Below, piece after piece: positions 22,701 to 30,774 of a stretch of 64,000 bases of DNA (position 1 is its first letter; each line of letters begins with the position of its first letter). The notes below the pieces were generated by a model that did not search any database, was not told where the DNA came from, and saw only the letters and a program-made list of their open reading frames with translations. This stretch comes from an uncultured Christensenella sp. Lineage in GTDB: Bacteria; Bacillota; Clostridia; Christensenellales; Borkfalkiaceae. Location: the NCBI GenBank assembly GCA_910585685.1, contig CAJUEO010000003.1:45004-109003 (forward strand). Reading direction: 5' to 3'. A program made the translations under genes and the position numbers.

Positions 22701-25402
22701 TAAAGCGCATAAACCGCTGCGGTTCGCAGCCCGTAAAACAGAGCGACGAGCTGGAATGGATAAAGCGCGCGTACGAAATTGAAAAGGCAAGGGAGCGCAT
22801 TCTTAAAAATACGAATTTAAGCTCGGCTTTCGTCGGGTTCGGCGGCATAAACGATAAAAAGCGCGAAGAATTTTTAAAACCCTTGTACGGTTTACACAAG
22901 CTGTGCGCCGAAACGTTTATGGACTATAATTCCGACGCGTTCAACAGTATATGCGTGTCCTCGTCGGGCGGAACGCTTAAACCGCTTATAAACGGGCTTA
23001 TTTCGGCGGCAAAAGGCTTTAACGAAAGCGTAAATTATTTTCTTAACACTGTCAGGGCAGACAAATCGGACTGCGACGATAGGGATTTATTCGAGTACTA
23101 CACGGAAAAATGCACCGCGCTTATCGACAATATCGATATGTTGCCGTCCTGGTGTATCTACAAGTCGGCGGCAAAGAAAATGGCGGCTTGCGGACTTTCG
23201 TTCATGACCGACGCTATGGAGAGCGGCAAAATTTCAGGCAAGCAGATTTTGGCTTCGTTTAGAAAGAACGTTTACCGCAATTTTATTCAGACAAATATAC
23301 CTGCCGACGAGTGCCTCAGCGCGTTCTCGGCAAGCATTCTCGACGAAAACGCCTCCAACTTTGCAAGGCTTTTGGAGGAGTTTACAACTCTCACGCGCGA
23401 GAAAATAAGGCGCGATCTGGTGTCGAGGTTGCCGTCTATGGAAACGGAAGGACCGCTCGCTTTGGAAATTATGACCTTCCAAAGGCAGATAAAGGGCAAC
23501 TTGCGCAAGCTGAATTTGCGCACGCTGTTTACCGATATACCCGAACTTATGAAGGTGGTTGCGCCCTGTTTGCTTATGAGCCCGGGCACGGTATCGCAAT
23601 ATCTGCCGCCCGACCCCGAGCTGTTCGATATAGTAATTTTCGACGAAGCCTCGCAAATTCCCACCTGCGAAGCCGTGCCGTCGCTTGCAAGGGCAAAGAG
23701 CGCGATTATTGTGGGCGATCCCAAACAGATGCCACCGACTTCCTTCTTTATGGGCTCCGGCTCTGACGACGACCACCCCGAAACGGAGGACTTGGAAAGC
23801 GTGTTGGAGGACTGCCTTGCGCTCGGTATTCCCGAAAAGCATTTGAGCTGGCACTACCGCTCGAAGCACGAAAGCCTTATTGCCTTTTCAAACAGTATGT
23901 ACTATTCGAGCAAGCTTTGCACGTTCCCCTCTCCCGACGCGCTCGACAGCAAGGTTACGCTGCGGTATCTTGAAAACGGCGTCTACGAGCGCGGACTGTC
24001 CAAATGCAACAGGCAGGAGGCGGAGGCGCTTGTTGCCGAAGTAGTAAGGCGGTTGAAGGACGAAAGGCTCAAAGCTTCGAGCATAGGCGTAGTCACTTTC
24101 AGTACTCCCCAGCAGGATTACGTCGAAAAGCTGTTGCAAAAGGAGATAGTCAGGCACGGGCTCGAGGAGGCGGCTTACGAGCGCGAAGAACCTCTGTTTG
24201 TAAAGAACCTCGAAAACGTTCAGGGTGACGAGCGCGACGTAATACTCTTTTCGGTGTGCTACGGCCCCGATAAAATGGGCAGACTTTCGCTCAATTTCGG
24301 CCCGTTAAACCAATTCGGAGGTTGGCGCAGGCTGAACGTCGCGGTATCGCGAGCGAGGGAGGAGATGATAGTGTTCTCGTCGATGAGATATTCAATGATC
24401 GATTCGTCGCGCACGACCTCGCGCGGTGTTGCAGGGCTTAAAGCCTTTTTGGAATTTGCCGAAAAGGGCAGAACGAGTATCTCGGTCAAGAGCGGAGATA
24501 TAATTTTGAACAAGCAGGGCATAGGCAAGTTTGTTGCGGAAGAGCTTTCTAATTACGGCTATGACTGTCGCTGCGACGTAGGCGTTTCCGACTTTAAAAT
24601 TGACGTCGGCGTACTCGACCCCAAAAATAAGCACAATTTCATACTCGGAATACTGTGCGACGGCACCAAGCAGTTCTCCGTAAAGGATCGCTCGGTTATG
24701 CAGGTGCAGACTTTGAAGCGCAACAATTGGAACGTTTACAGGCTGTACGCAATCAACTTTTTCAACAATCCCAAGCGCGAAATTAAAAAGATAAAGGAAT
24801 TTCTGGACAAGCTGTGCGACGACGGCAAGCCGTCCGCAATAAGCTTTAAAAAGCCCTATCGCGCGGCTAAGTTGGAGAGCAAAACGCAGACGCCCGACTA
24901 CATTCTTTGCAGCGACAACGACAACGAGATTTGCAAGGTAATAAAGGCGGTGGTTTGCGCAGAAGAGCCTATTTCAACGCAATTTCTGATGAAGAGAACG
25001 CTTGCCGCGTACGGCATCTCCAAGTACGGAATAAAGCTTGAAAGCAAGTTGCGTTCGCTTATAGACAAGTGCGCGTTCGAAAGCTGTGAGATGACAGGTA
25101 ACGTGTATCATTTCAGGGCGGATAAATATTCGCTGTTTGACAGATACCGCGTGGAGGTGGATACCGCACTGCGTTCGGCGGACGTCGACTATACGCCGTA
25201 CGACGTAATTTCTTTGATAAAGGGCATACTTTTGAACAAGGTGAGTATGTATGCCGACGAGCTTGTGCCTATGGTATTGCGCGAGTTGAAGGTTCCCCGT
25301 TCGAGCGACAAACTCAACTCGTTTGTATATTCCTGTATTGACGAGGGGGCGCGCCGCGGTCTGTTTATACGCAGTGTGTCCGATAAAATTTCCCTTTCGT
25401 AA
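19781..25402 (+). CDS. 1873-aa multidomain protein: unknown N-terminal domain, DUF4011-like region, Upf1/DNA2-like SF1B helicase, Vsr/PD-(D/E)xK-like fold, DUF3320-like tail
   Basis: RRLLDLSLKNNLLNFR and LYLACGFLKW (DUF4011-type). Helicase motifs GPPGTGKS (21785-21808), FDEASQ (23639-23656), VGDPKQMPPT, HYRSKHESLIAF, QGDERDV and RRLNVAVSRAR. The nuclease-fold block is GVSDFKIDVGV...GILCDG. Strong RBS AGGAGA. Confidence 0.8.
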   Translation: MAGKTKKNFDAIEIDGELLNAVSYATYYSRQQLFNSFKIFNRAVESVNNVTVSVTGSTALILPCEMRIEEIPHESSVEAIPQNILNPKYLAEIDAPETCRIQVILLCGADVVCSLEAEVVALPISCWSGLSGNAEMLASFVRPKLADCQKIMAEAGLQLRTWGYSSEFSGYSGTDKNGVRNAVASVFSAVRRLNIERVGECDLSGVVDTGDVTKVIENKSATFIELALFTASCLEAAKLNPVLLLGKSGICVGVWLYESCFSSSVHDDMLLIDKYVSEGVNNLTIFDCDDLFAHKNASYTTSESHARANLQKDCYELCLDIKRCRIGGIYPMPLKVKTASGYELLADRQISFDEKPQQVFDATKYDYDRGASKENNWQRRLLDLSLKNNLLNFRYTRDCLHMISADLSAFCSLIDEKRKFTVLPNTTAIPDAVYFGGCKTVANMQELTVIEMKSGKMRCMSSQDTLSEVASTLIRKSRAAAEEAGVNSLYLACGFLKWRAEDDKEERYAPIALLPVTLKRAKAQGVTLEVDEDYEVNTTLLEFLKQDFGIDIRGLDGKGLSPKEIIAVFRAKTANMRGWVVYEDIYLAQFTFARYAMWADVKNNVKVFAKNKLVSSLMSNSNQMSGNRLEGVSEDEGDPCGILTPLACDSTQYAAVAESEKGTTFVLHGPPGTGKSQTITNIIANAVAKGKRVLFVAEKQAALQVVKKRLSDIGIGEFCLELHSGKSTDKSEIVRNIEATLSLASEGDDEAFKNCGEKISETRSALLSPLDALHKKRRLGVSVYEGIVYYLQNKNAPDLLNIETTFYDSLTKQKFEDYENMLISAQAAAKECGGVYRSPFSGIKLTDCDEKTKTSVLCSSEVVLAELKHFKNYLGLFLETFNQKVSKFTYKKLYNLIEIAKILKSDDLNAFFECEEEALYKFYNANLRYDSEVKHWLNNFKVLPDISKFSTEIESEIDNWGENYRSSRTLLQVIKRINRCGSQPVKQSDELEWIKRAYEIEKARERILKNTNLSSAFVGFGGINDKKREEFLKPLYGLHKLCAETFMDYNSDAFNSICVSSSGGTLKPLINGLISAAKGFNESVNYFLNTVRADKSDCDDRDLFEYYTEKCTALIDNIDMLPSWCIYKSAAKKMAACGLSFMTDAMESGKISGKQILASFRKNVYRNFIQTNIPADECLSAFSASILDENASNFARLLEEFTTLTREKIRRDLVSRLPSMETEGPLALEIMTFQRQIKGNLRKLNLRTLFTDIPELMKVVAPCLLMSPGTVSQYLPPDPELFDIVIFDEASQIPTCEAVPSLARAKSAIIVGDPKQMPPTSFFMGSGSDDDHPETEDLESVLEDCLALGIPEKHLSWHYRSKHESLIAFSNSMYYSSKLCTFPSPDALDSKVTLRYLENGVYERGLSKCNRQEAEALVAEVVRRLKDERLKASSIGVVTFSTPQQDYVEKLLQKEIVRHGLEEAAYEREEPLFVKNLENVQGDERDVILFSVCYGPDKMGRLSLNFGPLNQFGGWRRLNVAVSRAREEMIVFSSMRYSMIDSSRTTSRGVAGLKAFLEFAEKGRTSISVKSGDIILNKQGIGKFVAEELSNYGYDCRCDVGVSDFKIDVGVLDPKNKHNFILGILCDGTKQFSVKDRSVMQVQTLKRNNWNVYRLYAINFFNNPKREIKKIKEFLDKLCDDGKPSAISFKKPYRAAKLESKTQTPDYILCSDNDNEICKVIKAVVCAEEPISTQFLMKRTLAAYGISKYGIKLESKLRSLIDKCAFESCEMTGNVYHFRADKYSLFDRYRVEVDTALRSADVDYTPYDVISLIKGILLNKVSMYADELVPMVLRELKVPRSSDKLNSFVYSCIDEGARRGLFIRSVSDKISLS

Positions 25403-25414
25403 TTAAAAATAATA

Positions 25415-25445
25415 AAGCAGGCGCGGTTTTAAACCGCGCCTGCTT
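25415..25445. terminator. bidirectional intrinsic terminator (giant helicase gene / dapB)
   Basis: AAGCAGGCGCGGTTTTAAACCGCGCCTGCTT, a perfect 12-bp stem. Confidence 0.85.
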
Positions 25446-25461
25446 GTTTGTATATCGCTAA

Positions 25462-26211
25462 TTATAAATTTTCGAAAATATCGTTCATATCGTATTTGCC
25501 GCAGGGCTTGCCGACAAGCCACTTTGCCGCGCGTATTGCGCCGACGGCAAAAACCTTTTTGGAACGGGCGGAGTGTGACAGAGTGATAATTTCATCCTCT
25601 CCGGCAAAAATAACCTCGTGCTCTCCCACGATAGTGCCGCCTCTTACGGCGTGAATTCCAATCTCGTTTCCGCGCTTGCCAACGATGCCGTCGCGACCCT
25701 TTAAATAGGGTTTGCCCCCGTCATATGCCTCGTTTACGCTTTCTGCAAGCATAAGCGCGGTACCCGACGGCGCGTCGACTTTCTTGTTGTGGTGTTTTTC
25801 TATTATCTCGATATCGAAGTTTTCAAGCGTCTTTGCCGCCTTGTTTACAAGCTTAACCAAAAGGTTTATGCCAAGAGAAAAATTGCCCGTCTTAAATACG
25901 GCAATGCTCTTTGCCGCCTCGTCTATTTGCTTCAACTGTTCGTCCGAGTATCCCGTCGCTGCAAGAACTACGGGCACATTTTTTTCTTTTGCCCACTTTA
26001 ATTCCGCACCTAAAACGGAGGGGGAGGAGAAGTCCAAAATTACGTCTACCTCCTCTTTTACGTCGTTAAACGAGGCATATACGGGGGGTAACGCAGCGTT
26101 TGTCGCCAAGTCTACGCCGCAAACAACCTGCATTTCGCTGTCCCCGTCTAAAAGCTCGACAAGGTTTTGCCCCATTTTTCCGTTGATTCCGCAAATCAAT
26201 AATTTTTTCAT
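25462..26211 (-). CDS. dapB: 4-hydroxy-tetrahydrodipicolinate reductase
   Basis: ICGINGKMGQ NAD-binding motif and EIIEKHHNKKVDAPSGTA signature. Confidence 0.92.
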   Translation of the reverse strand: MKKLLICGINGKMGQNLVELLDGDSEMQVVCGVDLATNAALPPVYASFNDVKEEVDVILDFSSPSVLGAELKWAKEKNVPVVLAATGYSDEQLKQIDEAAKSIAVFKTGNFSLGINLLVKLVNKAAKTLENFDIEIIEKHHNKKVDAPSGTALMLAESVNEAYDGGKPYLKGRDGIVGKRGNEIGIHAVRGGTIVGEHEVIFAGEDEIITLSHSARSKKVFAVGAIRAAKWLVGKPCGKYDMNDIFENL

Positions 26212-27089
26212 ATTAAACCTACCTTTTTAATTTCGGCTTGTAAAACCTTTTTGTGCTCGTCCTCAAGCTCGGTAAGCGGCGCGCGCGGCGTGCCTGCGGC
26301 AAAGCCGAGCATATTCATAGCCGCCTTTACGGGTATGGGGTTTACTTCGCAAAACAGCGCGTTTTCGAGCGGTAAAATCAAGTCCTGAATTTTCATTGCC
26401 TCGTCAAATTTGTTGTCGCGTGCAAGCTTAACCATTTTTGTAACAAGTTTGGGCGCAACGTTGGAAGCTACCGAAATTACGCCTGCGCCTCCAATTGCCA
26501 TTATGGGCAGGTTGAGCGCGTCCTCTCCCGAAAACAAATTCATTTTGCCGCGTATTCTGCGCATTGTTTCCATTGTCTGCGCCATAATGCCGCTTGCCTC
26601 TTTTATAGACTCCATATTGGGAATGTTTGCAAGCTTTTCGGCTGTTTCGGGGGTAATGTTCACGCCCGTTCGCGAGGGCACGTTGTAAGCGATTACGGGA
26701 ATTTTTACGGCTTCGCATATAGCTTTGTAGTACTCGTAAATTCCGCGCTGCGTGCATTTGTTGTAGTAGGGGGTAACTGCGAGAATACCGTCCGCGCCCA
26801 GCTTTTCGGCTTTTATAGACGAGGCTACTGCTTTTGCCGTGTCGTTGTTGCCCGTGCCTATAATAATTTTTACGCGTTTGTCGGCTTTTTTAACGCAATA
26901 TTTTATGACCTCGGTCTTTTCTTCCTCGGTCATAGTGGACGGCTCTCCCGTAGTGCCGAGTACTACCAGCCCGTCAACTCCGCCGTCGATTTGAAAATCA
27001 ATAAGCCTGCCAAGTTCGTCAAAGTTTACGCCGCTTTGATTGAACGGCGTTATAAGCGCGGTAAAAACTCCCTCAAAATATCCTTTCAT
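26208..27089 (-). CDS. dapA: 4-hydroxy-tetrahydrodipicolinate synthase
   Basis: GVFTALITPF, VLGTTGE and YNVPSRTG motifs. ATGA-type overlap with dapB. Confidence 0.92.
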   Translation of the reverse strand: MKGYFEGVFTALITPFNQSGVNFDELGRLIDFQIDGGVDGLVVLGTTGEPSTMTEEEKTEVIKYCVKKADKRVKIIIGTGNNDTAKAVASSIKAEKLGADGILAVTPYYNKCTQRGIYEYYKAICEAVKIPVIAYNVPSRTGVNITPETAEKLANIPNMESIKEASGIMAQTMETMRRIRGKMNLFSGEDALNLPIMAIGGAGVISVASNVAPKLVTKMVKLARDNKFDEAMKIQDLILPLENALFCEVNPIPVKAAMNMLGFAAGTPRAPLTELEDEHKKVLQAEIKKVGLI

Positions 27090-27122
27090 AATACCCTCAA
27101 TATGATTGATTTTTAAAAAATG

Positions 27123-28202
27123 TTAATCGAAATAGCCCTTAGCCGCCAGAAGTTCGGCAAGTAGTACGGCGCCGCCTGCCGCGCCGCGCAAGGTATTGTG
27201 CGAAAAACCTATAAATTTATAGTCGAAGAGGTTGTCTTCCCTCAATCTTCCGCAAAGCACAGCCATTCCGTTTTCAAGGTTTCTGTCAAGCTTGGGCTGA
27301 GGTCTGTCGTCCTCGTCGAAATAGTGAATAAACTGTTTGGGTGCGGAGGGCAGGCAGAGCTTCTGCGGTTCACCTGCAAACTCGCGCCAAGCCTGTATAA
27401 TTTGTTGCTTTGCGGGCTTTTGGGTAAATTTAACAAAGCAAGCCGCCGTGTGTCCGTCGGATACGGGCACTCGCAGGCACTGCGCCGTAATTTTAGGGCA
27501 GTCGGCGCATACAATTTTGCCGTTTTCGACCTTGCCCCAAATTTTCAAAGGCTCTTTTTCGCTTTTTTCCTCTTCTCCGCCGATATAGGGGATTACGTTG
27601 TCGCAAATTTCCGGCATGGTTTCAAAGGTCTTGCCCGCGCCCGATATGGCTTGATAGGTCGTTACCGCCACACTCTCTATGCCGAATTTTTTCAAGGGGT
27701 GCAACAGGGGAACGTACGATTGCAGCGAACAGTTGCTCTTTACCGCGATAAATCCGCGCTTTGTGCCAAGCCTTTTTCTCTGCAAGGGGATAACCTCGAG
27801 GTGTTCGGGGTTGACCTCGGGAATAATCATAGGCACGTCGTCCGTAAACCTGTGCGCCGAGTTATTTGAAACAATGGGGCACTCGAGCTTTGCATAGGCG
27901 TATTCAAGCTCGCGTATTTCGTCCTTTTTCATATTTACAGCGCAAAAGCAAAAATCGACTTTTTTTGCTATTGTCTTTATGTCTGCGGTTGCGTCCAAAA
28001 CTTGCATATCTGCAAATTTCTCGGGCATGGGCGCCGACATGTGCCAGCGCCTTACCGCGTCTTTATAGCTCTTGTTTGCGGAATTTTTGGATGCCGCAAG
28101 TACGGTTACTTCAAATAAGGGGTGGTTTTCCAGCAACAGCAAAAATCTTTGCCCTACCATTCCCGTGGCGCCGATAACGCCGACTTTGTATCTTTTTTGC
28201 AT
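27123..28202 (-). CDS. asd: aspartate-semialdehyde dehydrogenase
   Basis: [14 protein letters not shown] Rossmann motif and SNCSLQ active-site region. The ATG at 28202 is used; the ORF-track start at 28337 runs through the riboswitch leader. Confidence 0.9.
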   Translation of the reverse strand: MQKRYKVGVIGATGMVGQRFLLLLENHPLFEVTVLAASKNSANKSYKDAVRRWHMSAPMPEKFADMQVLDATADIKTIAKKVDFCFCAVNMKKDEIRELEYAYAKLECPIVSNNSAHRFTDDVPMIIPEVNPEHLEVIPLQRKRLGTKRGFIAVKSNCSLQSYVPLLHPLKKFGIESVAVTTYQAISGAGKTFETMPEICDNVIPYIGGEEEKSEKEPLKIWGKVENGKIVCADCPKITAQCLRVPVSDGHTAACFVKFTQKPAKQQIIQAWREFAGEPQKLCLPSAPKQFIHYFDEDDRPQPKLDRNLENGMAVLCGRLREDNLFDYKFIGFSHNTLRGAAGGAVLLAELLAAKGYFD

Positions 28203-28235
28203 ATTAACTCCATAGATTGATATAGTACGTTTTAA

Positions 28236-28440
28236 AAAAATAAAAGACAGTACGCCGTACTGCCGCAAAAAGCAATTAGCGCAACACATAAGTGACAGTC
28301 GCAAAGGTATTAGCCCGTGCGCCCGACGGAATTTCAAGGTAAAAAACCGCCTCGGCGGAGGTACCCTTTTGCCGAAACTTAAAGTCGGAATTTCCTTTAA
28401 ATTCCTGTTTTCGGTTACTTTTGTCCGTCCGCTCCTCTAA
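28236..28440 (-). ncRNA. probable lysine riboswitch (L-box) with a terminator expression platform, leader of asd-dapA-dapB
   Basis: The minus-strand RNA reads AGAGGAGC...AGUAA...AAAAGGGUACCUCCGCCGAGG...ACUGUCAC. It resembles the L-box blocks AGAGGNGC, GAGUA, AAAGGG, GCCGAAG and CUGUCA. It is followed by the hairpin CAGUACG-GC-GUACUG plus a U-run. Confidence 0.7.
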
Positions 28441-28451
28441 TTTGCAAGGTT

Positions 28452-28480
28452 ATCATATCACAACGCTTTAAAATTGTAAA
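28452..28480 (-). promoter_or_regulatory. sigma-A type promoter (TTTACA-17-TATGAT) driving the lysine leader
   Basis: On the minus strand: -35 TTTACA (28480-28475), a 17-nt spacer, -10 TATGAT (28457-28452). Confidence 0.55.
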
Positions 28481-28559
28481 GAAAAAGCGCTCGGTTTTAA
28501 AAAATTTATTTCGGGCAATTGTGTGAAAAAATAACATTATATTATATAATGTAGTTTAC

Positions 28560-28588
28560 TTGACAAAATCAAAGGGGGGGGGTATATA
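28560..28588 (+). promoter_or_regulatory. candidate promoter TTGACA-17-TATATA whose spacer ends in a G9 homopolymer
   Basis: -35 at 28560-28565, spacer AAATCAAAGGGGGGGGG, -10 at 28583-28588. Confidence 0.5.
28574..28582 (+). repeat. poly-G tract (9 G)
   Basis: Counted directly. It is the longest G/C homopolymer I saw in the window. Confidence 0.95.
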
Positions 28589-28630
28589 CTTATTATGGTG
28601 AATATTATAACAAATCAAAGGAGAGAAAAA

Positions 28631-30589
28631 ATGAAACTTATCAAAAGACTTTTGGTCGTTTTTGCGGCATTTGTTCTTGCGTTTTCGGTGTTTGCGCTGT
28701 CTGCTTCGGCGTGCAATCCTTCAGATAATACCGAAAATAACAATAACAACGGCGGCAATAACGGCGGTAACAACAACGGCAACAATAATAACGAAGAAGA
28801 CGATATTAAGGGACCTTCCGTAAGCCCCAACGCTTCGCTTATAAACGCCGTTTACAATCAAAGCTACGTTGCTGCTTCGTTCACAGGCAAGATTGACATT
28901 ACGCGTGAGGAAGCACTTTTCAGCGTAAGCGAGAACGGCGGAAAGGGTGAGCAATTAAAACCCTCGGAAGTTGTAAAAACTATGCATATGTTCGGCAGCG
29001 GTAAAGTAAACCTTGCCGACGCGGACGCCGATTTGGTAGTCGGTATGGAAGAAAAATATTCTTCAAGCGAAGCGCCCGACTTAACGCTGATAAACATTTT
29101 AATGCGCGGCGGAGAAGTTTATACTGCCGTCGAGTATGGTGACGACGGCAATCCCATAGAGATTAAAGATTATACGGGCGTCGATTTATACCATCAATTT
29201 AACTTAATAGAAGAACTCATTCCGTCGTTACCCGGCGGCAGTTCGATAAGGGAATTGGTGGACGGTCTGCTTGAAGAAATTGCCGAAACAAACGGTATTA
29301 CAATCGAACAAGCCGAAGAGCTGCTAGACGAAGAGCTCGCTGAACTCGGCATAACGGTTGAAGAGTTGAGAAATATTAATCCGGCGGCTGTTCTTACGGA
29401 ATATGCGCTGAATTTCGAAACGTTTATAGTTATGTCGCTTACCGATAATTTCGGCGCGCTGAAAGTTGAAAATAGCACAGCCACCGCCGATTTGCTTTTA
29501 ATGGCTCAGAATATAGTTAAAGAAGCAAAAGATTTTGTAAATTCAATCAACGGTGACACAACTATCGGAGATGTACTCAACAATAAAGCGGTAAAGGGAG
29601 TTTTAGAACCCCTGCTGAACGTAATCGAGCCTGAAATTTTCAGACAGATGCTTCCTCAGTTGACTTTGCAGATATTGGTAAGCACGGTGCATTCGCAGGA
29701 CGCATTAATGCAATTGTTGGAAATTTACAACAGTGTGGATTGGGAAGCTATTCTTGTTGAACCCGACGAGGGCGCAACTACATACGACTACCTTATAAAG
29801 TTTATTTCATCAGAGGCTTTAAGGGTTGAAGCGAGCAAGGTTATAGCTGCGCTCGAAAATACCGAGGATATGCAGCTTCCCGTGGAAATCGAGTTGCCCG
29901 TAACACTCGACAAAATGACAATCGACTATTTTGTCAGATTTTCAGGCCATACCTTGGCAGAGTTGAAGGAAGAGGTTTTGCCTTATCTCGACTGTGTTAC
30001 GGAAAACGGCGTTTCCCTCAATCCCGAAATTTTGGACTTTAATACGTTGGACGTGGAAATCAACGAGGCAAAAATAATTTATACGCTTGACGGTAAAAAA
30101 GTTACGGGGCAACGCGTTAAAGCTGATTATGTCAGTAAATATTATGGCAGAGAATATATAACCGACAACGATGTGATTACTGTTTTTTGGAATGAGGAAA
30201 GCGTTTCCTGTACTTTTGACGGCAATGTTATTTATACCGACACAGAGTATGAGCTTTACGACGTTTCCGAAAATATAGAGAACATCGGTGTGTCAAATAT
30301 TACGGGAACTTATTATTTTGAAGCTTTGAGAATTGATTTAGGCGGTGAAGTTACCGAAATTAGGGTTGGAGAAGAGTATTTGGAATCAGTTTTAGATAGG
30401 AATTTTTACGTTTTGACGATGAACGAAGACAATACTTATGCTCTTACCGCTAACGGCATAACCGTTCCGGGGCATTGGGAGTATAAAAACGGCAATTATT
30501 TGTTGGACGACTCGATAGTATGTGTTTTCAGCGGTTCGCAAGTTACGCTTGAAATACAAGAAAATCAAAAAATAGTTCTCAGAAAATAA
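28631..30589 (+). CDS. hypothetical acidic surface lipoprotein with an Asn/Gly-rich linker
   Basis: MKLIKRLLVVFAAFVLAFSVFALSASAC signal with a lipobox-like Cys28. NNNNNGGNNGGNNNGNNNNEEDD linker at 28727-28802. AAGGAGAG RBS ahead of the ATG at 28631. I recognise no family. Confidence 0.6.
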   Translation: MKLIKRLLVVFAAFVLAFSVFALSASACNPSDNTENNNNNGGNNGGNNNGNNNNEEDDIKGPSVSPNASLINAVYNQSYVAASFTGKIDITREEALFSVSENGGKGEQLKPSEVVKTMHMFGSGKVNLADADADLVVGMEEKYSSSEAPDLTLINILMRGGEVYTAVEYGDDGNPIEIKDYTGVDLYHQFNLIEELIPSLPGGSSIRELVDGLLEEIAETNGITIEQAEELLDEELAELGITVEELRNINPAAVLTEYALNFETFIVMSLTDNFGALKVENSTATADLLLMAQNIVKEAKDFVNSINGDTTIGDVLNNKAVKGVLEPLLNVIEPEIFRQMLPQLTLQILVSTVHSQDALMQLLEIYNSVDWEAILVEPDEGATTYDYLIKFISSEALRVEASKVIAALENTEDMQLPVEIELPVTLDKMTIDYFVRFSGHTLAELKEEVLPYLDCVTENGVSLNPEILDFNTLDVEINEAKIIYTLDGKKVTGQRVKADYVSKYYGREYITDNDVITVFWNEESVSCTFDGNVIYTDTEYELYDVSENIENIGVSNITGTYYFEALRIDLGGEVTEIRVGEEYLESVLDRNFYVLTMNEDNTYALTANGITVPGHWEYKNGNYLLDDSIVCVFSGSQVTLEIQENQKIVLRK

Positions 30590-30593
30590 ATTG

Positions 30594-30631
30594 AAAATAC
30601 GGTTTTCCCGAAAGGGGAAGCCGTATTTTTT
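30594..30631 (+). terminator. intrinsic terminator
   Basis: ATACGGTTTTCCC-GAAA-GGGGAAGCCGTAT followed by a T-run. Confidence 0.75.
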
Positions 30632-30671
30632 GTTTTCGTCGCAAATTATTTGCGTTAAGCGATAAAACTAA

Positions 30672-30700
30672 TTGACAAGCATTTTTAATTATTGTAAAAT
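30672..30700 (+). promoter_or_regulatory. sigma-A type promoter TTGACA-17-TAAAAT
   Basis: -35 at 30672-30677 and -10 at 30695-30700. Confidence 0.55.
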
Positions 30701-30774
30701 TAACAGGTACAAATAAAATTAAAAGTAAAAGTGCAACGTTTTTTGATTGTGCTTTGAATATGTGAGTTTAGCTT

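Noticed and set aside
17222-25461. Helicase cassette as a prophage, ICE or transposon
   Set aside because: There is no integrase, transposase, recombinase, tRNA attachment site or flanking direct or inverted repeats in or around it. I describe it as a cassette or island candidate only, not as a mobile element.
28203-28337. N-terminal extension of asd in the ORF track (start at 28337)
   Set aside because: The conserved Rossmann start [18 protein letters not shown] begins at 28202. The extension translates the riboswitch and terminator leader and has no homology-like features.
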